From an uncultured Acidobacteriota bacterium (GTDB taxonomy: Bacteria; Acidobacteriota; Thermoanaerobaculia; Gp7-AA8), in NCBI GenBank assembly GCA_963741955.1, contig CAVUKB010000006.1, forward strand, positions 64,001 to 128,000: DNA of 64,000 bases. The letters are read 5' to 3'. The notes below the pieces were generated by a model. The model was not told where the DNA came from, searched no databases, and was given only the letters and a program-made list of their open reading frames with translations. The position numbers and the translations under genes are program-made. Shown piece after piece: positions 28,249-36,796 of the stretch. How positions within the stretch are numbered: the stretch's first letter is position 1; every line of letters begins with the position of its first letter.

Positions 28249-30684
28249 ATGCAATCGACGAGTTCGATGAAACGGCACAGACTCTCTTCCGCGCTGCTCA
28301 TTCTGCTGGCACTGGCGATCCTCAGCTACCTGATGATCAGCCTCTATCTCCCGTCATCCAGCAGATTGATCCTCGGTGTCGACAAGCAGACCGGCGCGAT
28401 CCGCATGGCGAGCTCCAACGTCACGTTTCTCCCCCCGAACCGCTATTACAGGATGGTGTTCGATCTCCGCAACGGGACGCCGCAACGCGACGGCGTGGTC
28501 GTGGTCCGCTCCAGCGACGGAATCCCGGTCAAGGTCGCTTACCGGATCCGTTTCTCGATCGACCCCCGCGGGCTCGCCGACCCCGGGCGTCTGGTGGCGA
28601 ATGGATGGAGCGCCTGGATGCGCGCGCGCGTCGCGGAAGCAGTGTCGGCGGTGACTTCCCAGGTCCCGATTGAAGACCTGACCTCTCCGATGTCCACGTT
28701 CAGCGCGGAGCGAGACCGGCTCCGACGGGTGGTCGCGGATCATCTCGCACGGAGCGGGCTGCAAGTGAGCGCGTTCGAGATCCTGAGAATCGACGTCGAC
28801 CGCGACGCGCTCCTCGCATTTCAACGAACGCAGCTCCGGCGGAAGGCGCGCGGCGCATTCGGCCGCGTCGCGATCTTCGGAATCGACGGCGCGGACTGGA
28901 GCCTCCTGCACGAGCTGATCGTCGACGACCACATGCCGAACCTCTCGGCCATGATCGATGGGGGGGCGATCGCGAGCGTCACCACCATTCAACCGCCCGT
29001 TGCTCCGATGCTCTGGAGTGCGGTCGCGACCGGACTTCCTCCAGGGCGGAACGGAGTCGTCGACTGGATGGATCGAAGTCCGTCCGGAACGCAGGGCCCG
29101 GTGAACTCGCAATCGAGGCGGGCTCCCGCACTGTGGGAGATCGCCTCCGCATTCGGCAGAGACGTCGGAGTGGTCGACTGGTGGACGGACTGGCCTCCCG
29201 CCATGAATCGCGGCTTCGTCGTCTCCGAACCGCTCAACCCAGAGTTCCTCGTCTACCCCCCTTCGCTCGCGAAGTCGGCAGGACATCTGCGGGTTCCCGA
29301 GTCGACGATCGATTTCGGACAGGTGAAGAACTTTCTGAACATCAACCAGAACGAATTCGACGATGCGATCTCGAAGAACGACCCGGCTGATCCGATCATC
29401 GAATTCCGGCGGGTGCTCGCAAAGAGCTGGAGCGACCACCGCATCGCGATGAGCCTTTATCGTCGAGAGCAGCCGGAGCTTCTGATGTTCAACTTCGAAG
29501 GGAGCGATCTGGTCAATCATCTTTTCGGTCCGTATCACCCGCCGTGGCGGAGCGGACTGGACGGAACCAGCTTCCGTCGATACTGGCCTGCCGTGGTCTC
29601 GTACTACTCGGAGCTCGACAGGATGCTCGGCGAGTGGCTGAAGCTCCTGCCGCAGGACACCACCGTGATCGTGATGTCCGCTCACGGAATGGTCTGGGGA
29701 GACCAGCGCCCGCTGCAGCCGCCGAAAGCGGGCGAAGCACTTCAGGAGGACGACGCGCCGGGCGTCTTCATCGCGTTCGGAAATCGCGTCACCCATTCGC
29801 CGTCACGTCATGAGATGACGCTGTACGACGTCGCACCAACCGTGCTCGCGCTGCTCGGACTTCCGAAAGCGGAGGAGATGCCGGGCGAGATCACAGGGTG
29901 GGCGCTGAACGGAATCGAACCCGTGACTGCGATCCGGATCGTCAGTTACGGCGACTCGGTGACGACTCGGCCGCTGACCACCAGCGGTTCGGTCAGCCCC
30001 GCGGAGTACCAGCGGCAGCTGCAGCTCGCTGGTCACGTCGCGCCACCGAATGCACCGCCGTCGCCCGTCAATCTCGCCGCCACGACGACCACCGCGGCCC
30101 CGGACAATTCGCCGAAGTGGGGCGAGTACGCCTGGAACAACGACCAGGGAGTGAAGCTCTTCCAGCAGCGGAAGTACAAGGAAGCTTCGGATGCGTTCGA
30201 AAAAGCGATCGAGCTGTACCCGGACCGCCCTGCCGCGTACTACAACCTCACCGTTGCGCTGATCGAGCGCGGCGCTGTGAGTGACGCGGACGACGTGTTT
30301 CTCGCTGCGGTCAAGCGCGGTCTTCCAGACCCTGAGCAGCGTTTCGTCGACGTGGCTGCACTCTACCGGTCGAAGAACATGGTCACCCGGGCGATCGATC
30401 TGCTGCAGAGCGCTGAAGAGCTCTATCCGCAGTCGTTCCTGATCGCATCCGAGCTCGGCGCGTCGCTCGCCGCAGCAGATCGCTACACCGATGCAATGCC
30501 TGAGCTCCAGCGGGCGCTCTCGCTGCAACCGGTCTCGACGGACGTGCTCAACAACATCGGGACGGTTTTCCTGAAACGGAAAGATTACTCACGCGCTCTC
30601 GATTACTGGAACCGTTCGCTCTCGATCGACCCGCGTCAGCCGAAGATCCGCGCCGCGGCTCAGGCGGTGAGCCAACAGCTCTGA
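28249..30684 (+). CDS. Membrane-anchored SPFH-like / alkaline-phosphatase-superfamily (phosphodiesterase-like) / TPR protein
   Basis: N-terminal TM, SDGIPVKV..RIRF (band-7-like), IFGIDGADW and LYDVAPTVLALLG (AlkP fold), C-terminal TPRs. Confidence 0.8.
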   Translation: MQSTSSMKRHRLSSALLILLALAILSYLMISLYLPSSSRLILGVDKQTGAIRMASSNVTFLPPNRYYRMVFDLRNGTPQRDGVVVVRSSDGIPVKVAYRIRFSIDPRGLADPGRLVANGWSAWMRARVAEAVSAVTSQVPIEDLTSPMSTFSAERDRLRRVVADHLARSGLQVSAFEILRIDVDRDALLAFQRTQLRRKARGAFGRVAIFGIDGADWSLLHELIVDDHMPNLSAMIDGGAIASVTTIQPPVAPMLWSAVATGLPPGRNGVVDWMDRSPSGTQGPVNSQSRRAPALWEIASAFGRDVGVVDWWTDWPPAMNRGFVVSEPLNPEFLVYPPSLAKSAGHLRVPESTIDFGQVKNFLNINQNEFDDAISKNDPADPIIEFRRVLAKSWSDHRIAMSLYRREQPELLMFNFEGSDLVNHLFGPYHPPWRSGLDGTSFRRYWPAVVSYYSELDRMLGEWLKLLPQDTTVIVMSAHGMVWGDQRPLQPPKAGEALQEDDAPGVFIAFGNRVTHSPSRHEMTLYDVAPTVLALLGLPKAEEMPGEITGWALNGIEPVTAIRIVSYGDSVTTRPLTTSGSVSPAEYQRQLQLAGHVAPPNAPPSPVNLAATTTTAAPDNSPKWGEYAWNNDQGVKLFQQRKYKEASDAFEKAIELYPDRPAAYYNLTVALIERGAVSDADDVFLAAVKRGLPDPEQRFVDVAALYRSKNMVTRAIDLLQSAEELYPQSFLIASELGASLAAADRYTDAMPELQRALSLQPVSTDVLNNIGTVFLKRKDYSRALDYWNRSLSIDPRQPKIRAAAQAVSQQL

Positions 30685-30782
30685 TCCGCAGAATCGCGCG
30701 ACTCCGGAACGAGCCTGCTGCAGCGTCGTCGTCCGGCGAATTCGCGGACGCCACCCGAATCACTTCCGGATACACTGTCGAG

Positions 30783-31916
30783 ATGCCTTCGCTCACCTCC
30801 GACGAGCTCGCCCGCTACGCGAGACAGATCTCGCTTCCGCAGATCGGGCCGAAGGGACAGGAGATGCTCGCCCGCGCCTCCGTACTTCTCATCGGGGCAG
30901 GAGGACTGGGAAGCCCCGCCTCGCTCTACCTCGCCGCGGCAGGGGTCGGACGAATCGGCATCGCCGACGGCGACGTCGTCGACGCGAGCAACCTCCACCG
31001 GCAGGTGCTCCACTCGACCGCCACGGTCGGTGAATCGAAAGTCGACTCGGCACGAGAGCGTCTCACCTCGCTCAATCCTCACGTGCGGATCGAGACATTT
31101 CGATCCACCGTCACTTCTCAGAACGTGCGCGAGCTGATGGAAGCCTATGACCTCGTCCTCGACGGGAGCGACAACTTTCCGACGCGCTATCTCGTGAATG
31201 ACGCGGCGGTGCTCCTCGGGAAAACGAACATCTACGGATCCGTCTTTCGTTTCGATGGTCAGGCGTCCGTCTTCGCTCCGGGCGAGGGCCCGTGCTACCG
31301 CTGCCTCTACCCCGATCCTCCTCCTCCCGGCACGGTTCCATCATGTGAGGAGGGAGGGGTGCTGGGAGTCGTTCCGGGAATCATCGGAATGATTCAGGCC
31401 ACCGAGGCCGTGAAGCGCATCCTGGGGATCGGCACGAACCTGATCGGAAGGCTTCTTCTTTTCGATGCGCTGCAGATGAGGTTCCGTGAGATTAGAATAG
31501 CGCGCGTCGCCACGTGCCCCGTCTGCGGTGAGCGACCGACGATCACGTCACTGGTCGATTACGAACGGGTCTGCGGACCCGGAGAGGAAACAATGCTCAA
31601 TAGCGCAACGATCACACCTTCCGATCTCGCGGAACGGCTCCGGAAGGGCGAGAACATCAGGCTCATCGACTGCCGCGAACAGTGGGAATGGGACATGGGC
31701 CACATCGAGAAGGCAGAGTTGATTCCGGCCGGCAAACTGGCCCGGGACGTCAGCGGTTTCTCTCCCGTCGAAGAGATCGTCGTGTACTGCAGGAGCGGTG
31801 CGCGAAGCGGCCAGGTCGTCTCCATCATGCGCTCCGCAGGACTGAACGCGAAAAACATGCTGGGCGGGATTCTGCGCTGGTCGCACGACGTCGACCCGTC
31901 GATGCCGCGCTACTGA
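30783..31916 (+). CDS. moeB: ThiF/MoeB-family adenylyltransferase with C-terminal rhodanese domain (MoeZ-like)
   Basis: RYARQ, GAGGLGSP, SNLHRQ, GPCYRCLY, CPVC, rhodanese YCRSGARS. Confidence 0.95.
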   Translation: MPSLTSDELARYARQISLPQIGPKGQEMLARASVLLIGAGGLGSPASLYLAAAGVGRIGIADGDVVDASNLHRQVLHSTATVGESKVDSARERLTSLNPHVRIETFRSTVTSQNVRELMEAYDLVLDGSDNFPTRYLVNDAAVLLGKTNIYGSVFRFDGQASVFAPGEGPCYRCLYPDPPPPGTVPSCEEGGVLGVVPGIIGMIQATEAVKRILGIGTNLIGRLLLFDALQMRFREIRIARVATCPVCGERPTITSLVDYERVCGPGEETMLNSATITPSDLAERLRKGENIRLIDCREQWEWDMGHIEKAELIPAGKLARDVSGFSPVEEIVVYCRSGARSGQVVSIMRSAGLNAKNMLGGILRWSHDVDPSMPRY

Positions 31917-32419
31917 GCTTCGCCGGACATCTCGCGGCCGAAGAGAACCACGACCGACTTTCCGCGCTCGCGCCGGGTGGTGCTCCCGTCGATCACGGCG
32001 ACTCCCGCATCTCGAAAATTCGGAGAGAGGATGTTCTCCCGGTGCCCCGGGGACTCCATCCACGATTCGACGAGGAGCTCTGCGGTCTCGTAACCGCGCG
32101 CGAGATTCTCGCCGGCGTAGTGATAGCGATAACCCCGCTTCTCGATCCATCCGAACGGAGGGCGCCCGTCAGGCGAGACGTGGCTCCAGTAGCCGAGGTC
32201 CTCCATGTCCTGGATCCGGTCCGCGGCCGCTTCGTCCAGTCGAGGATCTTCGCGCAGCGGCTCGAGCCCGAAGTGGCCTCGATACGCGTTCATCAGCTCG
32301 ATCACTCGCGCGGGGGTGATCTCCGTCGCCGGCACGACGGGCGGGGGTGCAGCCGAGAGGATTCCCGCCATCACCATCGCGGAGAGAGTCCCGACTGCAG
32401 ATCGAACCGAGCGCTTCAC
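31910..32419 (-). CDS. CAP (SCP) domain protein
   Basis: MNAYR...L, YWSH, AGENLA.G, WMESPGHRENIL; start uncertain. Confidence 0.88.
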   Translation of the reverse strand: MKRSVRSAVGTLSAMVMAGILSAAPPPVVPATEITPARVIELMNAYRGHFGLEPLREDPRLDEAAADRIQDMEDLGYWSHVSPDGRPPFGWIEKRGYRYHYAGENLARGYETAELLVESWMESPGHRENILSPNFRDAGVAVIDGSTTRRERGKSVVVLFGREMSGEAQ

Positions 32420-32600
32420 AATCGTTGAAAACGCCCGTGCGCGCTCGTCGATTTCGCCCCTCCGCAGGCGGCGGCAGATCGGAAGATCGCTGCCGGAACG
32501 TCGAGCGTTCGTCAAAAATGGCAATCCCCCCTCCGCCCACCCGGATTATTCACGGGATTTCGTCGCATAATCCGTTCTAGGAGTATGATTCTAAGTCGCC

Positions 32601-33767
32601 ATGCGTCACCAGTGTCTCATGTGCGGCCGCGAGATCCCGGACGGGTTTCTCTGCGATAAATGCGACCGGCCGCGAAAGAGTGAACCGCCACGACCGGCGA
32701 AGGCCGCATCTGCGGAATCCGGCGGCGGCAAAACCGTACCTGCCCCCCAGCCGGAGCACGATCCCTTTCCGAAAGCGCCGGTGGTTCCGTTCCCGGTCGA
32801 ATCGACGTCGATCGCGGTCACCAGTATCTGCGACGTCCTCTCCACCGCCCACATCGCCGGAGCGGTGGTCGGCGCGGATCGCCAGGTCAAGTTCCTCACC
32901 CCGGATGCGTCGACACTTCTCGGATTCCGCAGGAGCGAGCTCCCGCCACTGAAGAACCTCGAGGCGAAGCTCGGGTTCAAGCTCCCCGACATCCGGCAGT
33001 CGTATTCGGCACGGATCAAAGTCGCCCACCAGCCGGTGGACTTCTCGATCGTCCCGCTCGCAGGGGGCGCCGCCGCATCGGTGCTCATCCTCCGGACCGT
33101 CGACGCTGCTCCGAGCCCCTCGTTCGAGAATTACGTGAGCGAAACGATCATGCAGCCTCTCCGCTCACTTCGAGAGGCACTCCTCGCAGCGGCGAAGAAC
33201 CGGGGACGCGATCCGCTCCTCGAGGATTCTGCGTCGACCGTCGACCAGATCCTCTCGTCTCTCGAGCTCACTCCCTCACTCGAAGATACGAAAGGCGCCA
33301 TCCCCGCTGCCGTTCCGGTCCTCGAGATCCTCGGCACGGTCGCCGAGAAGTTCCAGCCAATGGTGAACCTGAAGAACGTCTCGGTCCAGGTGGATGGAAC
33401 GACCGCAGCGACGTTCCAGGCGCACGAGCCGCTCGAGGAGTCGCTCACCATTCTGATGGAGAACTCTCTTCACTACGTCCCGGCCGGCGGCCAGATCGTT
33501 CTCGGCGCGCGGCAGCTCGAGCACAAGGGAAAGGCTCTCCTCCTCTTCTTCGTCATGGACAACGGCCCGATCGTTCCCGAAGAGCTCCGCGACCAGATCT
33601 TCTCCCCCGATTTCGAATGGCAGCCGAGCGCCGGGCCGCGAACCGGCCGCGGTCTCGCGAAGTGCCGTCACTTCGCGCTCGCGCACGGCGGTCAGGTCTG
33701 GGTCGAATCGAAGACGGGGAAGGCCTGCACATTCTTCCTCCGCGTCCGCCCCGACAACGCACGCTGA
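32601..33767 (+). CDS. Histidine-kinase-like ATPase protein with N-terminal zinc ribbon (probably a pseudokinase)
   Basis: CLMC..CDKC; N box ENSLHY, G1 MDNGP, G2 GRGL, HGGQVWVES; no His in the H-box-like segment. Confidence 0.78.
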   Translation: MRHQCLMCGREIPDGFLCDKCDRPRKSEPPRPAKAASAESGGGKTVPAPQPEHDPFPKAPVVPFPVESTSIAVTSICDVLSTAHIAGAVVGADRQVKFLTPDASTLLGFRRSELPPLKNLEAKLGFKLPDIRQSYSARIKVAHQPVDFSIVPLAGGAAASVLILRTVDAAPSPSFENYVSETIMQPLRSLREALLAAAKNRGRDPLLEDSASTVDQILSSLELTPSLEDTKGAIPAAVPVLEILGTVAEKFQPMVNLKNVSVQVDGTTAATFQAHEPLEESLTILMENSLHYVPAGGQIVLGARQLEHKGKALLLFFVMDNGPIVPEELRDQIFSPDFEWQPSAGPRTGRGLAKCRHFALAHGGQVWVESKTGKACTFFLRVRPDNAR

Positions 33768-33894
33768 ACCCCGCCGTCGTCGCACCCTCGCGTTCCGCAC
33801 GGTCGTTCGCGATGTAATCTTCCATCCCGGTTCAACCTGCATTCGTTTTTCCTTCCTGATATGCTCCGCGGAAATCCTCCAGGAGTTTGCAGAA

Positions 33895-34737
33895 ATGGAA
33901 AAGATTGCAGTCATCGGAGCCGGAACGATGGGCAACGGTATCGCCCACACCGCTGCCATGTCGGGTTTCCCCGTCACCCTCATCGATACCAGTCACGACA
34001 TTCTCGAACGCGCCTTCGCGACGATCTCGAAGAACCTTCAGCGCGGAGTGGACAAAGGAAAGATGACCGCCGAGGAGAAGGAGCAGATCCTCGGGCGGAT
34101 CGATCGCAGCATCACCGTCGATCAGGTGCGCGAGGCCGACGTCGTCGTCGAAGCGATCGTCGAGAATCTCGATGCGAAGCTCAACCTCTTCCGCGATCTC
34201 GACAAGCTCACTGCTCCCGAGACGATTCTCGCGTCGAACACCTCTTCGATCTCGATCACCAAGCTCGCTGCGGTGACCGATCGTCCGGAGAAGGTGATCG
34301 GGATGCACTTCATGAATCCCGTTCCGGTGATGACGCTCATCGAGGTGATCCGCGGAATCGCGACGTCGGACGAGACGTTCGCCAGAGTTCGCGCTCTCTC
34401 CGAGAAAATGAACAAGACCGCGATCGAGGTCAACGATTATCCGGGATTCGTTTCGAACCGCGTGCTCATGCCGATGATCAACGAAGCGATCTTCGCGCTT
34501 TACGAAGGAGTGGCGACCGCCGAGTCGATCGACGGAGTGATGAAGCTCGGGATGAATCATCCGATGGGTCCGCTCACTCTCGCCGACTTCATCGGACTCG
34601 ACGTCTGCCTCGCGATTCTTCGTGTGCTGGAGAACGGATTCGGGGATCCGAAGTACCGCCCCTGTCCGCTGCTGGTGAAGATGGTGGACGCGGGCTGGCT
34701 CGGGCGAAAGAGCGGCCGCGGCTTCTATCAGTATTGA
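33895..34737 (+). CDS. hbd: 3-hydroxybutyryl-CoA dehydrogenase
   Basis: IGAGTMGNGIA, ASNTSSISIT, GMHFMNPVP, NHPMGPL, GRKSGRGFY. Confidence 0.96.
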   Translation: MEKIAVIGAGTMGNGIAHTAAMSGFPVTLIDTSHDILERAFATISKNLQRGVDKGKMTAEEKEQILGRIDRSITVDQVREADVVVEAIVENLDAKLNLFRDLDKLTAPETILASNTSSISITKLAAVTDRPEKVIGMHFMNPVPVMTLIEVIRGIATSDETFARVRALSEKMNKTAIEVNDYPGFVSNRVLMPMINEAIFALYEGVATAESIDGVMKLGMNHPMGPLTLADFIGLDVCLAILRVLENGFGDPKYRPCPLLVKMVDAGWLGRKSGRGFYQY

Positions 34738-34834
34738 CGCAGGATCAGGGAATTCCGGTCGGCACCGCACGCCGCCGGGGTGAAACAGATTCGGCGGGTG
34801 CGGTGTTGTCCAGTACGCAGGAAGTCTCGAAAAT

Positions 34835-36700
34835 ATGCTCTGTCAGTCTTGTGGTGCGTACAACGACGACGATAGAGAGTATTGCTATCGCTGTCAGAAC
34901 AAGCTCCTCGTCCTCTCCGGCTATTACGCCGACGACGAGATGCTCGAGGAGTACGACGACGATCCGGAAGTCCCTCTGGACGAACATCTGCTCGAGCGGA
35001 TCTCCGCTCTCGAGGAGATCGTCAAGCGGACGGCCGACACCACGAAGCTCGCACTCGAATCGATCTACAAGCACGAGCGCGCGATCTTCATCAACCAGAC
35101 CGGCCTCCTCGCCCTCAAGGAGATCCTGGAAAAGAAATCTCTCGTGGCGAGTGAAGAGCTCGTCGAGCTGTGGGAATCGAAGATGGGCGAGCAGATGCTC
35201 GCACTGGAAAAGAAAGAGCGATTCGCGGATCGAAAGGACCGCATCCTCTCGCTGTTCCACGGCGACCGGAGAGACCGCTTCGCGGTTCTGATCGCGGAAG
35301 CAGAATCGGCCATCGACGCTTTCGACCAGGAGCGCGGAATGCGTGCCCTCGAGGACGCGTGGAAGCTCGACCGCGACAACTACGAGCTCAGCTTCTTCCT
35401 CGGCGAGACGCACTTCAACGACGGAAATCTCGAGCGCGCTCAGTCCTACCTCGAGCGTACACTCGAAGTGCAGCCTGAATACTTCGACGCCGCGGTCTTC
35501 TACGGCGTCCTCCTTCACGAGCTTCAGGATCTCGACGGAGCGGAGCGGTGGCTCCGGCGTGCGATCCAGATCTCCCAGGAATCATTTCTTCCCTACTTCT
35601 CGCTCGGCGCGATCTACGGTCTTCAGGGAAAGCTCCTCCGCGCGCAGAAGTTCCTCCAGAAGGCGATCGAGATCGAGCCGATCCCGCAGGCTCACTACCT
35701 TCTCGGCACGATCTTCTACGAGAAGGGACAGCTCGACCGTGCGATCCGTTCGTTCCAGAGCGCGCTGAAGCTCGATCCCGATTACGAAGAAGCGATCTAC
35801 TACCTCGGTCTCTGTTTTCTCGACCGCAACTGGAACCGGAAGGCGATGGTCTGCTTCCAGGAGGCGCTCGAGCTGAACCCGAACAAGATGGAGTACCAGC
35901 AGGCCGTCCGCCTCTTCGACGACCCGCAGGATGGGAAGCACCGCCTCCCGGAAGGACCGGCGGCGCAGGAGTTCTCGAATGCGGAGAGCTTCGTCAACAG
36001 TGGGAAGTACAAGGAAGCGCTCAAGCACTACCGGAAGGCCTCGCAGCTCGAGCCGAACAATCTGAGCGTCCTCAGCTCCTACGCGCTCCTCTGCTCGCAT
36101 CTCGACATGAACAAGGAAGCGATCGCCGTGGCTCGGAAGATCCTCAAGCAGAAGCCGCCCGAGGTGGTCGCCGCAGCTGCGTACACGACGCTGGTCGAAG
36201 CGTTGCGTGCCGAAGGGAACTACAAGGAAGGGAACGTCCTTCTCGAGGAGATGCTCGAAGGGTATCCGTCGAACTATGCCCGATCGATCGCCTATTACGA
36301 GAAGGCGTACAACCTCGCGGAGATGGGAGAGAATCTCGACGAAGCTCTCGAGAGCGCGCAGCTCGCGCTGAAGCTCTCCCCGAAGGAGCTCAAGCAGTTT
36401 CCTCTCGCCGCGCTCGGATGGGTCTACTTCAAGCGGCGCGAATACGAGAACGCGGTCGACTTTCTGCGCAAGTCCGCGGACCTCGGGCCGACCGCGACGA
36501 ACCTGATGCATCTCGGGATGGCGCTGCTCGAGTCGGGCGAGAAGGACGAAGCGCGCCAGGTCTTCCGCAAGGCGAAGCAGTTCAAGGCGACCGGCGCCGG
36601 CCTGGAGGAGAAGATCCTCGAGCAGCTGCGCACCGCGACGAAGCTCCTCGACCGGATCCAGTCGCGCAGACGCCGCGCTCCCGCCCGCGCAAAGCAGTAA
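34835..36700 (+). CDS. TPR-repeat protein with N-terminal zinc ribbon
   Basis: CQSC..CYRC, coiled segment, numerous TPR motifs. Confidence 0.85.
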   Translation: MLCQSCGAYNDDDREYCYRCQNKLLVLSGYYADDEMLEEYDDDPEVPLDEHLLERISALEEIVKRTADTTKLALESIYKHERAIFINQTGLLALKEILEKKSLVASEELVELWESKMGEQMLALEKKERFADRKDRILSLFHGDRRDRFAVLIAEAESAIDAFDQERGMRALEDAWKLDRDNYELSFFLGETHFNDGNLERAQSYLERTLEVQPEYFDAAVFYGVLLHELQDLDGAERWLRRAIQISQESFLPYFSLGAIYGLQGKLLRAQKFLQKAIEIEPIPQAHYLLGTIFYEKGQLDRAIRSFQSALKLDPDYEEAIYYLGLCFLDRNWNRKAMVCFQEALELNPNKMEYQQAVRLFDDPQDGKHRLPEGPAAQEFSNAESFVNSGKYKEALKHYRKASQLEPNNLSVLSSYALLCSHLDMNKEAIAVARKILKQKPPEVVAAAAYTTLVEALRAEGNYKEGNVLLEEMLEGYPSNYARSIAYYEKAYNLAEMGENLDEALESAQLALKLSPKELKQFPLAALGWVYFKRREYENAVDFLRKSADLGPTATNLMHLGMALLESGEKDEARQVFRKAKQFKATGAGLEEKILEQLRTATKLLDRIQSRRRRAPARAKQ

Positions 36701-36796
36701 GACTCCGAGTCAGAAGCGTCGCAGCCCCGCAGCAGGCCCGCCATCCGCCTCCGCACAGCGACGGTCCGAGCGATCCGCGTTAGACTGTTCCGCGTC

